A DNA stretch of 30,114 bases, filler included, from an uncultured virus (IMG/VR IMGVR_UViG_2049941000_000908) (taxonomy: Duplodnaviria > Heunggongvirae > Uroviricota > Caudoviricetes). It is 2 parts of one record of this genome, joined end to end, with 100 filler letters (N's around TTAATTAATTAA, not from the genome) between each part and the next. Parts side by side here need not be neighbours in the genome. Positions count along the whole stretch, not along the records: positions 15,321 to 30,114 come from IMGVR_UViG_2049941000_000908; 1 more part is not named here. The stretch is one strand, 5' to 3'. Numbering within the stretch: the stretch's first letter is position 1; every line of letters begins with the position of its first letter. The notes under the pieces are model-generated. The model was not told the DNA's origin. It was given only the letters and a program-made list of their open reading frames with translations, and searched no databases. Made by a program: the position numbers and the translations under genes. Shown piece by piece: positions 17,098 to 28,166 of the stretch.

Positions 17098-17475
17098 ATG
17101 ATCGAAAAGACCGTAACCATCGGCGATAAAGAGGTCAAGTTCCGCTCCTCCGCATCGGTCCCGCGCCTGTACCGCATCAAGTTCAAGCGGGACATCTTCA
17201 AAGACCTGTCCAAACTGGAGCAGTCCTTTAAGGACAAGGGCGGCGAAAACGGGTCCCTGATGGAGATCGAGGATTTGGAGATCTTCGAGAACGTGGCCTA
17301 TATCATGGCCTTCCATGCGGACCCGTCCATCCCCGGTACCATCGATGAATGGCTGGAGCAGTTCGAGATGTTCTCCATTTACGAGATTCTGCCGGAGATT
17401 CTGGATTTGTGGGGCACGAACCTCATTACGGATGTCCAGTCTAAAAAAAACTCAAAGCGAGCAGCCGTGAAATGA
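17098..17475 (+). CDS. Tail assembly chaperone (lambda gpG-equivalent)
   Basis: AAGGAGG RBS; position between tube and tape measure genes; ends ...SKKN over an A8 run. Confidence 0.85.
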   Translation: MIEKTVTIGDKEVKFRSSASVPRLYRIKFKRDIFKDLSKLEQSFKDKGGENGSLMEIEDLEIFENVAYIMAFHADPSIPGTIDEWLEQFEMFSIYEILPEILDLWGTNLITDVQSKKNSKRAAVK

Positions 17476-17636
17476 CCACGGCACTGTTCCTCCTGCGGTG
17501 TGTGGAGATCGGGATTTCCATCCGAGACCTCGATCTCCTCACCATCGGTATGGTGCTGGACATCTGGACCGAAAAAGGCAATGACGGCGTGAAATACGAC
17601 CGCGTGGCCTCGCAGGAGGACTTCGATAAATTCTGA
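17472..17636 (+). CDS. Tail chaperone second ORF (gpT-equivalent), probably reached by -1 frameshift
   Basis: MTTALFLLRCVEIGISIRDLDLLTIGMVLDIWTEKGND...ASQEDFDKF lies in the -1 frame, open from A AAA AAC at 17445-17451. Confidence 0.8.
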   Translation: MTTALFLLRCVEIGISIRDLDLLTIGMVLDIWTEKGNDGVKYDRVASQEDFDKF

Positions 17637-17654
17637 TGAAGGGAGGGAGAATCC

Positions 17655-20536
17655 GTGGCAAGCAGAATCAAGGGCATCACCGTCGAGATCGGCGGCGATA
17701 CCACAAAACTGGAGCAGTCGCTGAAGTCGGTCAATTCGACGATCAAATCGACGCAGACTGAGCTGAAGGATGTCTCCAAGCTTCTGAAACTGGACCCGTC
17801 CAATACGGAGCTTCTCTCCCAGAAGCAGAAAGCGCTGAAGGAAGCTATCGGCGCGACCAAGGATAAACTCGAAACTCTGAAAACCGCACAGGAGCAGGCC
17901 AAGAAGCAGCTGGAGGAAGGCACGCTCGGTCAGGACAAGTACGATGCCCTGCAGAGAGAAATCATCGAGACCGAGCAGGAGCTCCAGCGTCTGCAGCAGG
18001 AAGCCCTGAATACCAACGCTACGCTGGAAAAGATTGACGCGGTCGGCAAGAAGATGGAGTCCGTTGGCGATTCCATCTCCGGTGCCGGGAAAAAGATGAT
18101 GCCGGTCACCCTTGCCATTACCGGTGTCGGCGCTGCTGCCGTCAAGACAGCGGCGGACTTCGACGAAGGCATGAGCAAGGTGGCGGCCATTTCCGGCGCG
18201 ACTGGCGATGATCTGGATGCCCTTCGCAGCAAAGCCCGCGAGATGGGCTCCAAGACCAAGTTCTCCGCGACCGAGGCTGCTTCCGCTTTCGAGTATATGG
18301 CGATGGCCGGTTGGAAAACCGAGGATATGCTGGATGGTATCGAGGGCATCATGAACCTCGCTGCTGCTTCCGGCGAGGACCTCGCCACCACTTCTGACAT
18401 CGTCACGGATGCCCTGACCGCCTTTGGCCTGTCGGCGGAGGACTCCGGTCACTTCGCGGACATCCTTGCCTCGGCATCCAGCAACGCGAACACGAACGTG
18501 TCCATGCTNNNNNNNNNNTCTGATGGCGAATGCCGGTATCAAGGCTTCTCAGTCCGGTACGGCGCTGCGCACAGGCCTGACAAACCTTGCAAAGCCTACC
18601 AAGCAGATGCAGACCTACATGGACAAGTACAACATTGCCCTTGTAGAAAACGATGACGGCTCCATCAATCTTAGGGAGACGATGATCTCCCTGCGTGAGA
18701 AGATGGGAAACCTCTCGGAATCCGAGCAGGCAGCTGCCGCTTCAGATCGGAAGAGCGGTTCAGCAGGAATGCCGAGACCGNNNNNNNNNNAGCCACCATG
18801 CAGGATAACCTGTCCGGCCAGCTGACGATCCTGAAGTCCCAGCTGGAGGAGCTGGCGATTTCCTTCGGCGAGCTCCTGATGCCCATCATCCGGAAAGTCG
18901 TATCCAAGATTCAGGCCTTTGTCGATAAGCTCAACAGCATGGATGAAGGCACCAAGCAGAACATCATCCGTATTGCCGCCCTGGTCGCAGCCATCGGCCC
19001 GCTGCTCATCATCATCGGTACAACGATCAGTACGGTCGGCAAAGCCATGCAGGGCTTCGTTACGCTGTCGAAGGGTATCGGGAATCTGAAGATTGCTATC
19101 AGCGGCGCACACGGTGTACTGGGCAAGCTCGGTGCTGCCCTTGGCGGTATCTCAGCGCCGGTCCTCGCCGTTGTCGCTGTGGTCGCTGTTCTTGCTGCGG
19201 CCTTTGTCAACCTATGGAAGAACAACGAGGAATTCCGCAATAAGATTCTGGCTATCTGGGAACAGATCAAGAATACCTTCACCGGCTTCGTGGAGGCGAT
19301 CAAATCGAGGCTGGATGCATTGGGCATCTCCTTCGAAGACATCACGGCAGCGATCAAGGCTGTATGGGATGGCTTCTGCGAGTTGCTTGCCCCGGTCTTC
19401 GAAGGCGCGTTTCAGGCCATTGCTACGATCCTTGATACGGTGCTGAACGTCATCATTGGCATTGTCGATGTGTTTATCGGTATTTTCACCGGCAACTGGG
19501 ATCAGGCATGGACCGGCGTAAAAGAAATCTTCTCCTCGATCTGGGAAGGGATCAAGAGCCTCTTCTCAACCATCCTGAATACGCTTAAGGGCATCGCGGA
19601 TGTATTCCTTGGCTGGTTTGGCACAGATTGGGAAACCGTGTGGACTACGGTGAAGACCTTCTTCTCGAATATCTGGAACGGCATCGTCACCTTCTTCACC
19701 GGCGTATGGGACGGGATCAAGAACACTGTTTCCACCGCCATCAATACGGTAAAGACGACGATCAGTACTGTACTGATGGCCATCTCCACAACGTTCACGA
19801 ACATCTGGGAAGGCATCAAAACTGCCGTCTCCACAGCAATTACCGCTATCCAGACCACGGTCACGAATATCTGGAATGCCATTAAAACCTTCATCACCAC
19901 TGTGATGAACGGGATCAAGACCGGCGTCACCACGGCTTGGGACGGCATTAAGACCGCTGTGTCCACTGCGGTAAACGCGGTGAGCACGACGGTTTCCACG
20001 GTATGGAACGCCATCAAAACCACTGTCACGACAATCCTGACCGGAATATCGACGGCAGTGAACACTGCATGGAATGGAATCAAGACGGCTGTTTCTACAG
20101 CGGTGACTGCCATTCAGACGACAGTCTCCACAGTATGGAACGCAATCAAGACGACCATTTCCACTGTGATTACGGCCATCCAAACCAACATCACCACAGT
20201 CTGGAACGGAATCAAAACGACCGTCACGACTGTGGTATCGGCAATCCAGACGGCGCTCTCCACTGCATGGACGGCAATCCAGACAACCGCCTCCACGGTA
20301 TGGAACGCCATTAAGACGGCCATCTCCACTGTAATGACCGGCATCCAAACCACAATCTCTACCGTCTGGAACGCCATAAAGACGACCATCACAACTATCA
20401 TCACAGCCATTCAGACGGCGCTTTCGACGGCTTGGACCGCTATACAGACAACCGCCACCACTGTGTGGAATGCCATCAAGACCACGATCTCTACCGTGAT
20501 GACCGGCATCCAGACGACCATCACAACCATCTGGAA
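17655..20536 (+). CDS. Tape measure protein, TP901 family (gapped; C-terminus appears at 26026-26148)
   Basis: MASRIKGITVEIGGDTT, TKFSATEAASAFEYMAMAGW, MQDNLSGQLTILKSQLE and long Trp-periodic T/A/I-rich repeats. Confidence 0.93.
18744..18780 (+). other. Illumina paired-end adapter contamination
   Basis: AGATCGGAAGAGCGGTTCAGCAGGAATGCCGAGACCG at a contig end. Confidence 0.95.
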
Positions 20537-20546
20537 NNNNNNNNNN

Positions 20547-20897
20547 AATCGGAAGGCCAAGGTGCGCTGCGTTCTCGACCAGGGAGACGCCTTCGTTGGA
20601 GAGATAGAAGAAAATGACTGCCGTGCGAAGGATGCTGCCGGTACCGATGACCTGCGTATCCAGCACGTGGCCGATGCCCACCAGCGCGAAGATCAGGACC
20701 TTGCGGCAGATACCCTTGAAGCCGACTTCGCTGGAGAGCTTGTGGTCCGCGACTGCGCACATGACACCCGTCAGGTAGTCGAGCGTCACGAAAACCAAAA
20801 GCGCATAAAGCAGACCGTCACAGCCGCCGAGGAACCAGCCAAGCCAGCCGCCAACCGCTGTGAAGATGAGTTGAATGGTGTTCCAGAATTCTTTCAT
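20547..20897 (-). CDS. Holin (toxin secretion/phage lysis holin family), 3' truncated
   Basis: GGWLGWFLGGCDGLLYALLVFVTLDYLTGV...LSSEVGFKGICRK...FYLSNEGVSLVENAAHLGLPI; AGGAGG RBS. Confidence 0.92.
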
Positions 20898-20920
20898 GGT
20901 GAAAACCTCCTTTTTGCATG

Positions 20921-20948
20921 AAAAAGGACATCCCCCAAAGAGATGCCC
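20921..20948 (-). terminator. Intrinsic terminator before the holin
   Basis: Minus strand GGGCATCTC-TTTGG-GGGATGTCC-TTTTT. Confidence 0.65.
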
Positions 20949-20977
20949 GATTTAGAATACTGCCTGTTTCGGATTGC

Positions 20978-21475
20978 TCAGAGCCAATTCGACGTGTCGA
21001 ATACGTATGTCTTAACTCCCTGTTTGCCGACGTTGTCTTTTGCGATCACGAGATAACCGTCAGCGGTGGGCGTATATTTGGTATTTGCATACACAGCAGG
21101 ATTATTAGTCGAGATCACAGATGACCCGACCACGTTTTCTGTCACAGTAGAAATATCAGTTGTAGTGAACATCACCCTGAAACGTGATCCTACATTTGCC
21201 CCCAACGAGATGAAATATCTGTGATCAGCCTTCACCTCATACATATCGGCATAGGTTCCTGTAGGGTTTTCATATTTCCAAGTGCCTGCGTCCACATATC
21301 CCTGATTTAGTTCTGTGATGTATGGCTCTAACGGAGCAGTCGCCAGAGCCCCTGTTATCGCACTACCATCCGCCGCATGGGCTGTATAGCCTTTGTAGAG
21401 CTTATCAGCGGTGATGGTGTCAGATGTAAGATCGATGAGCGTGCTCCCGCCATAATCCACTCGATTTACTGACAT
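20978..21475 (-). CDS. Small tail-fibre/receptor-binding-like protein (165 aa)
   Basis: AAGGAGG RBS. N-terminal LIDLTSDTITADKLYKGYTAHAADGSAITG module followed by a beta-rich, more AT-rich C-domain. Confidence 0.65.
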   Translation of the reverse strand: MSVNRVDYGGSTLIDLTSDTITADKLYKGYTAHAADGSAITGALATAPLEPYITELNQGYVDAGTWKYENPTGTYADMYEVKADHRYFISLGANVGSRFRVMFTTTDISTVTENVVGSSVISTNNPAVYANTKYTPTADGYLVIAKDNVGKQGVKTYVFDTSNWL

Positions 21476-21485
21476 AGCCGCCTCC

Positions 21486-22194
21486 TTATCCAATCGTCAC
21501 CGTTGTACCTCCTGCAGCGTTGGGTGTCTCAGTATAAGGGATCGCAGCAACAGTGACCTGAGACAGGTAGTTGAAGCCTTCACCGGGCGTCACCACTTGC
21601 TGGGTAGTTCCGGGTGTNNNNNNNNNNTGTCACCGTTGTGCCTCCTGCAGCATTGGGTGTCTCAGTATAAGGGATCGCGGCAACAGTGACCTGAGACAGA
21701 TAGTTGAAGCCTTCACCGGGCGTCACCACTTGCTGGGTAGTTCCGGGTGTGACGCTCGCACTCTGGGCAGTCACATCTTCTGTGCCGCTCATGGTCCCGG
21801 TAACGCCGAGGATGGTGATGCCCTCGCGGATATTAGTTCCGATGATCTTAGCCTGTTCCTGCGGACTGATCGCCACCTTACCGGAACCGTCATGATAACC
21901 CTGTGCGATTGTGTACTCACCGGTTTTTGTGTCGATGGTCCCGGAGGCTGCTCCGTTATTCGGCATCGTGCCGGTCAGCCCCCGGCCTCTTGCATGAGCG
22001 GTTTTGCCTGCCAGAATCTCTGCCACTGCTGCGGTATCACCGGAGGTATCGGAGTCATAAGAACAGGTGCCCTCCAGCGTATCTCCTTTCTTGTCATGAA
22101 AGGTCACACCGGAGAGCACCTTGTCCTCAGTAACGGTATCAGCGGTCAGGTCAATGAGGACCTCACCGCCGAAGATAATCTTACTGTTAGCCAT
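21486..22194 (-). CDS. Small tail-fibre-repeat protein (3' end duplicated across a 10-N gap)
   Basis: LIDLTADTVTEDKVLSGVTFHDKKGDTLEG and DTAAVAEILAGKTAHARG repeats, YTIAQGYHDGSGKV; ends PNAAGGTTVTIG. Confidence 0.7.
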
Positions 22195-22208
22195 AATCTG
22201 TTCTCCCT

Positions 22209-22505
22209 TCATTGTTCAGATGCGATATAAACGGTGTTGCCACCGGAGGCGTTTTCCGTCCGGTAGGCGGGTACCTTTTTAACGGTAATGTCATCAGAAA
22301 CATAGGTGTCCTTCGTCGGGAGCACGATGTCCTCAGCTGCCTTTGGCACGATGACAATCTCACCGTCGTAGGTCTTCTTGGGACCGGATGTCAGGAAAAC
22401 ACCCAGCTCGCCATGAAATGATCCGCCGCTGGATAAGGTGCCGTCATAGAAATCAGGCGGACCGATATCTTTTGCGTGCGATGTCTTTCCGTCTTTGATA
22501 ATCAT
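22209..22505 (-). CDS. Small tail-associated protein (98 aa)
   Basis: TGATG overlap with the upstream gene; C-terminus ITVKKVPAYRTENASGGNTVYI. Confidence 0.7.
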   Translation of the reverse strand: MIIKDGKTSHAKDIGPPDFYDGTLSSGGSFHGELGVFLTSGPKKTYDGEIVIVPKAAEDIVLPTKDTYVSDDITVKKVPAYRTENASGGNTVYIASEQ

Positions 22506-22629
22506 CAGATCTCACCCTCCTTCAGCACCGCGTACACGTTTTCGTCGTAGATCCGGCTGGCACCGACAGCACCGCTTGCAAACCGGTACCGGCATTGCAC
22601 CTGCGCAAGCCTCCCGGCCTCCAGCGCCA
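22505..22629 (-). CDS. C-terminal fragment of a small baseplate/tail-associated protein
   Basis: AQVQCRYRFASGAVGASRIYDENVYAVLKEGEI-stop. The fragment FTFSDVNP...VTIEKE at 16671-16754 (+) may be its N-terminal part. Confidence 0.5.
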
Positions 22630-22640
22630 NNNNNNNNNNT

Positions 22641-24366
22641 GCCGGAGAAACACAGTTTGTCTCCAATGGGCTGGGCCGACTTTCGGACGCAGTCAGCTGC
22701 AAGGTGGTGGAGGAACGGAACGGCCAGTATGAGCTGGAGCTGGAATATCCGGTCACAGGGCTTCACTACGCCGACATCATGGAGGAGCGCATCATCTGCG
22801 CACGGCATGACGACACCGAGGACATCCAGCCTTTCCGGATTTATAAGATCACCCGTCCGATGAACGGGATCGTGACGGTCAATGCACGGCACATCACCTA
22901 CCAGCTTTCCAAGGTGGTGGCGATGCCGTTCACGGCAGATAACTGCGCAGCAGCCCTGCAGGGCTTGATCGACAATGCCGAGGGCGACTGTCCCTTTACC
23001 GTATGGACGGACAAGGACCTGACTGCTTCTTTCACTGTCTCTCAGCCTGCCACCGTCCGGTCGCTTCTCGGCGGTGTGGCCGGGTCCATCTTGGATGTGT
23101 ACGGCCCCGGCGAGTTTGAATGGGACCGCTTTACGGTGAAGTTCCATGCCAGCCGAGGAATCAACGCAGGAGTCATGATCCGCTACGGCAAAGACCTGAC
23201 GGATGTCAAGAAGACCACGGACACCAGCAACATCTGGACCGGAATCGTGCCCTTCTGGGTAGGACTCAATGATGAGGAACAGGAAACGCTGGTCACGTTG
23301 CCGGAGAAGGTCATCTACGCGGAGAACAGTGATGACTATGTATACCGCATGGTCATTCCGGTGGACATGAGCTCCTATTTTCTGGAGCGGCCCACCGAGG
23401 AACAGCTCCGCACCCGCGCCGAGAGCTATGTCCGGGCAAATGCGGAAACCGGCATCCCGGCAACTATCGAGATATCCTTCGTGGCCCTGTGGCAGACAGA
23501 GGAATACAAGAACATCGCTCCGCTGCAGAAGCTCCGGCTCTGCGATACCGTGACCGTCTACCACAGAGGCCTCGGCATCGAAAACAGCGCCAAGATCGTA
23601 TCGGTCACTTATGACGTGTTGCTGGAGCGATACCAGGCCATGACGGTCGGCGATGTGCGGACCAACCTGACGGATACCATGCGGGCGATCTCGGCAGAGA
23701 TAAATAAGGATAATCCCACAGTCAGCGCCATCAAGAATGCCATTAGCCACGCGACCACGATCATCTCCGGAGGCCTCGGTGGCAACGTCGTCATCAATAC
23801 GAATGAAGACGGCCAGCCCATTGAGATTCTGGCGATGAATACAGCGGATATCACGTCCGCCACGTATATCCTGCGGCTGAGTAAGGAAGGCATCTCGGTG
23901 TCCACTACCGGGTATGCCGGTCCCTATACGACCGTGATGCAGCTTAGCGGTGGCATCAGCTCGGACTTCCTCCGTGGCGTCATTGATGCCGCGCTTGTGA
24001 AGAAAGGTTCCCTCGCCGACAAGGCCAATAACATCACATGGAACATGATCACCGGCGCTTTCAAGGGAACCAATATGGAGATCACGACACTCACCTCGGA
24101 AACGGTGAACGCGGATAGCCTGAAAGCCGATCAGNNNNNNNNNNNNNNNNNNNNNNNNCTCCGGTGATGGCTTCACTGGGACTTTTCATATTCCGGGAAC
24201 CGCAGACGCACTGGGCTGTACGATTTCCATCCGGGACGGTATCATCACCGGCCTTGTGGAGGACGAGCCTCCTGAGCCGGAAGACCCTGATCCGGGAGAA
24301 CCGGTCGAGCCTGATCCACAGGACCCCGACCCGGAGGAACCAGACCCCAGTGAGGAAGGAGAATAA
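22641..24366 (+). CDS. Tal / tail spike (prophage endopeptidase-like hub) protein, 5' truncated, spans gap
   Basis: NGLGRLSDAVSCKVVEERNGQYELELEYP, QPFRIYKI, IRYGKDLTD and LCDTVTV. Continues after the gap to TAA 24364-24366 with an E/D/P-rich tail. Confidence 0.85.
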
Positions 24367-24371
24367 ACCAT

Positions 24372-25953
24372 ATGCTTACCAGCAGATTTGAAATAGACGT
24401 GACACCGGGTGGCATCCCTCCGGTCGTCAACGCAAGCCNNNNNNNNNNCCGTGTGGTCACCGTGGTCATCACAGAACAGATGACTGCTGCTGCAGGGAAA
24501 GTCCGATGCGAGCTCGCGCTTTATACCGGAACGCCTGCAACTAACGAGACGCCCGCCTCCGATGACTATATGCAACTGTGCACCGCTAACTTCATCCTCA
24601 TGGTGGAACGGGCAGCACTGGATAAGGATACCGTATCCTCCGAATCAGAGGTCAGGCAGCTTGTCAACATCATCGACCGCTCCAATGAAATCATCGCTGC
24701 CGCCAACAGGTCTGATCAGGCGAAGGAAGCCATTCAGCGGATGATCGCCCAGAACGAGGAAGGCATGCAGATCATGACGGCGCAGGCCGAGCATCGTCTG
24801 GAAGAGATCACCCAGCAGACGCAGGATTACCTCGCACAGAAGACAGAGGAAACAGAAGCTGTGCTCGGCGAGATCCGGGAAGAAACCATCGCCGCAAGGG
24901 ATCGTGCGATCCAGAGCGAGAATGCTGCCGTCGAGACACTGGAGACAGTAAATCAGCGGGCAGCACAGATCGTGCAGGTCACGACCAACGCAGATACGCT
25001 TGCCGCGCAGGCGATGGAACGCGCCTCCAATGCTGAGAATGAAGCCGCTGAAACCGCCAACGCGCTGGACCAGCTGAACGAGAACGTCGCCCTGATCCGG
25101 CTCATGTCCGAGGGCAAGGTGGACGATGCTTACGTAGAAAACGGCTACCTGTATCTCACATCCAATGATGAAGTCGTAGCCGGACCTCTTGGTCCCTTCT
25201 CCGGGACTGGCGGAGGTGGTGGCGGCAGTTCCGGCAACAACGCACAGATCTCCGTTACCAACCGGACCGGCTGGCTCTCGCGCACCATCGCGCAGGGCGA
25301 TAAGTGCCCGGTCACGATTTTCTGGACCTCTGAGGAAGATGACGTACCCACCGGCAACGGTACGATGCGCATCACGGTCAGCGGCTCAACCAAGGCCATG
25401 CTGGATGTGGCGCAGGGCGATGTGACGGTAGACCTGTCTTCGTACCTCTCTGCCGGGTCCAACGTGGTGAAGGTCAACATCGCGGATATCTACGGCAACA
25501 GCCGCACGATCAACTTCTCTGTGACAGTGGTTGTACTTACGGTATCATCGACCTTTGATGACTCGGTGGCTTATCAAGGGCCGATCATCTTCCCGTATAC
25601 GCCGGTCGGCAATATCCAGAAGACCATGCATTTTTTGATCGACGACCGGGAGATCGGCTCTGCCACAACCTCGGTTTCCGGCAGGCAACAGTCGTTCACG
25701 ATCCCGCAGCAGACCCACGGGGAGCACTCCTTCCGCTGCTGGTTTGAGGCGGACGTCAACGGTTCGACTGTCCGGTCCAATGAGCTCTACTTTGAGATCA
25801 TCTGCCTTGAGACACTGAACATGACACCGATCATCACCAGCTCCTTCCGAGAGACAGAGGTGCCGCAGTATTCCACAGTTCATGTCGGATACTCGGTTTA
25901 CGATCCGGCATCCATGACGGCGGCTGTGACGATCCGGGTGAACGGCAGACAGG
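24372..25953 (+). CDS. Large tail/baseplate protein N-terminal part (BppU-like domain, coiled coil, Gly linker, Ig-like domains)
   Basis: ITEQMTAAAGKVRCEL...TANFILMVE (BppU-N-like), A/E/Q-rich helix, GGGGGSSG and beta-rich repeats. Truncated by gap. Confidence 0.7.
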
Positions 25954-26025
25954 NNNNNNNNNNTGCCAATCAGATCGCGCTGATGACCGGCATTGAGAAG
26001 ATCGAAATGATCCCNNNNNNNNNNT

Positions 26026-26148
26026 TACTACGGCGGTGTCACAATCAATGTCTATGGCCATGAGGGTCAGGATATTTCGGCACTCGCTGACGAGATCGAG
26101 GAACGCATCAATATCAACATGACGCGGCGTAAGGCTGCATTCATCTGA
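26026..26148 (+). CDS. Tape measure protein C-terminus (displaced fragment)
   Basis: YYGGVTINVYGHEGQDISALADEIEERI...RRKAAFI-stop, immediately upstream of Dit. Confidence 0.75.
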   Translation, partial: YYGGVTINVYGHEGQDISALADEIEERININMTRRKAAFI

Positions 26149-26166
26149 CGGAAAGGAGGACGGCCC

Positions 26167-26801
26167 ATGCACAGGTTTATCTACAACGGAAGGAATAGTC
26201 GTGACTTCGGGATCGTCCTCTCCGGGGAGGATACTTGGCGAAAGGCGGTACCCGATCTGGAACGCAAGCAGATCCCCGGAAGGAACGGTGACCTGGTTCT
26301 GAGCAACCAGCGCTACAACAATGTGAAACTGAGCTATCATGCCGGGATCATTCACGACTTTGAAAAGAACTATACGGCCCTCTCGAACTTCCTTTTGTCC
26401 AATCCCGGCTATCACCGGCTGGAGGACAGCTACCACCCGGAATACTACCGGATGGCCCTTCTGGAGGGCGATATCGAACCCAAACTGACGGCATACCACC
26501 GGGAAGGCGAAATCGATCTGACCTTTTCCTGTATGCCGCAGATGTATCTGAAATCCGGAGAGCAACAGAAAACCTTCACACAGGGCGGCAGCATCAACAA
26601 CCCCACCCTGTATGTGGCAAGACCGCTCCTGCGGGTCTACGGCATCGGACGGTTTGCTATCAACGATGATATCGTGAATATCACCTACGCAGAGGTGTTT
26701 ACGGACATCGACTGCGAGCTGGAAGATGCCTACAAGGGAAGCGCCAACTGGAACGCCTACATCGAGCTCTCCAACAACGAGTTCCCGAAATTGAACCCCG
26801 G
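26167..26801 (+). CDS. Distal tail protein (Dit), 3' truncated
   Basis: FIYNGRNSRDFGI, IPGRNGDL, GYHRLEDSYHPEYYRMA, LTFSCMPQMYLKSG and INNPT...RPLLRVYG. A C-terminal piece (ANQIALMTGIEKIEMIP) lies at 25965-26014. Confidence 0.88.
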
Positions 26802-26930
26802 NNNNNNNNNNNNNNNNNNNNNNNNNNNNNNNNNNNNNNNNNNNNNNNNNNNNNNNNNNNNNNNNNNNNNNNNNNNNNNNNNNNNNNNNNNNNNNNNNNN
26901 NNNNNNNNNNNNNNNNNNNNNNNNNNNNNN

Positions 26931-27648
26931 GTGCAGCTGCACATTCAGCTGCGAAATGCTGTCCAAGTCGGGACGGATGTGCCATGTGTAGTCCACTCCG
27001 GGAGTGCAGGATGCAATGCCTGTCCCGCCTTTTTCAAAGGAGCCTGTGCGGTGGGTCAGCGTGCATTCTCCCCGGGCAGGTTGCAATGGAGGATAGGCAT
27101 AGCTCTGCGTATCCGGCACCGCGTTGATGATGACCTCTTGGGCAAGGTTGAAATTGTATGTGCCCGGATTGAGGCTTCCGGTAAGGAAATAGCCGTCAGC
27201 CTGACCATCCCAGCCGAAATTGAAGNNNNNNNNNNGTTGTACATGCCGGAGGAGTTGGGACCGTACACCATGTCCACCGCCACGCCGCTGTGATGGCACA
27301 GTTGGGAGATGGCACCGTTGATGTGAACCGGACGGTCGCACATCTTGTGGTATTCGTAGCGGCTGCTACGGAAGTCTGCTGAAAGCTCCCCGTATGTGTC
27401 GTGGGTGTAGCGGTAGCTGCCGGTGCCGCTTTCGGGCCAGCGGAAGTAGTACATCAGCTGGGCCATGGCGGTGGCCACGCAGCCGGTCACGCAGCGTTCG
27501 TTACGACCATTGTCATCTTTGGGGCAGTAATAATTGTATTGGATTCCCTGTCCCCAATGGCTTTCGGTCAATGGCGCCGTCTCTTCCACAATGCGTATTG
27601 AATCCTCGACCAAGGTTTGCAGGCAGGACTGTTCCGACAGGCGGGCTG
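26931..27648 (-). CDS. C10 (streptopain/SpeB-family) cysteine peptidase fragments; probably not part of the phage
   Basis: PLTESHWGQG..YNYYCP, catalytic TGCVATAMAQLMYY, SGVAVDMVYG and FNFGWDG..DGYF. Confidence 0.85.
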
Positions 27649-27659
27649 NNNNNNNNNNT

Positions 27660-27818
27660 ACGCAGCTGCGGGAGTTCGCGGAATGGATCGTGGAAACGGA
27701 TACCGAGACCGCGACCGGCGCTCTGCTGGATGCGCCGGTAACCTTGGGAGACGCGACTTATACGCACGACACCTCGGAGTACCGGCTGGCCAAGTTCAAA
27801 GCCGAGCTTCCGCGCTAT
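27660..27818 (+). CDS. Fragment of the large tail protein (CotH-kinase-like region)
   Basis: TQLREFAEWIVETD...DTSEYRLAKFKAELPRY; appears to continue the 28167-28342 fragment. Confidence 0.5.
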
Positions 27819-27828
27819 NNNNNNNNNN

Positions 27829-28122
27829 AGAGACGCTCACATCGTTTTTGCTGATCAGTGAAATGATCAACCCCATTGGCGTGCCCTTAGACGGATCTGC
27901 TGCCAGCTGCGAAATCGCTGTTGTAGGGGTGATTGTTCCGACCTCTACGTCTTTCCACGGCGCTGGATTGAAGATTTCTCCTGCTGGATCGAATGTTCCG
28001 ATAATCGGCTCACCGTCTGCACCGTGGGCGGTTCTTCCCTGTAGAAGCGTTTCCGGTGTGACTGTGTCTGCTGTCAGATCCACAAGGGTAGATCCGCCGT
28101 AGTCAACTCGGTTTATTGCCAT
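27829..28122 (-). CDS. Second small tail-fibre-like gene (alternative to 20978-21475), 3' truncated
   Basis: Same ATAAGGAGGCGGCT-ATG start context. MAINRVDYGGSTLVDLTADTVTPETLLQGRTAHGADGEPIIG, then an unrelated C-terminus. Confidence 0.7.
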
Positions 28123-28166
28123 AGCCGCCTCCTTATATTCATCCGTCCAGCAGTCCNNNNNNNNNN

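Noticed and set aside
18744..18780. Apparent insertion or frameshift in the tape measure gene
   Set aside because: Matches the Illumina paired-end adapter.
19600..20536. Repetitive DNA resembling an array
   Set aside because: These are ordinary Trp-periodic coding repeats of the tape measure protein, with no constant repeat and unique spacer structure, so not CRISPR.
1802..21750. Variant duplicate segments as DGR template/variable repeats
   Set aside because: Differences are not adenine-specific, are mostly synonymous and occur in core genes beside 10-N gaps. No reverse transcriptase is in the window.
20547..22629. Inverted holin/fibre block as a recombinase-driven invertible segment
   Set aside because: Both ends are 10-N gaps that cut genes mid-frame, no inverted repeats are visible, and other fragments (TMP end, Dit end, CotH-like pieces) are also out of order. 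Mis-scaffolding is more likely.
26931..27648. C10 cysteine peptidase as phage virulence cargo
   Set aside because: Isolated by gaps, on the opposite strand within the tail module, and of a type typical of Bacteroidales. Probably mis-scaffolded foreign DNA.
28130..28156. 18-nt identity to the recombinase gene (15766-15783) joined to the start of a fibre gene
   Set aside because: It sits at a contig end in an assembly with adapter contamination, so a chimeric or mate-pair junction read is the simplest explanation. It would need independent spanning reads to revive.
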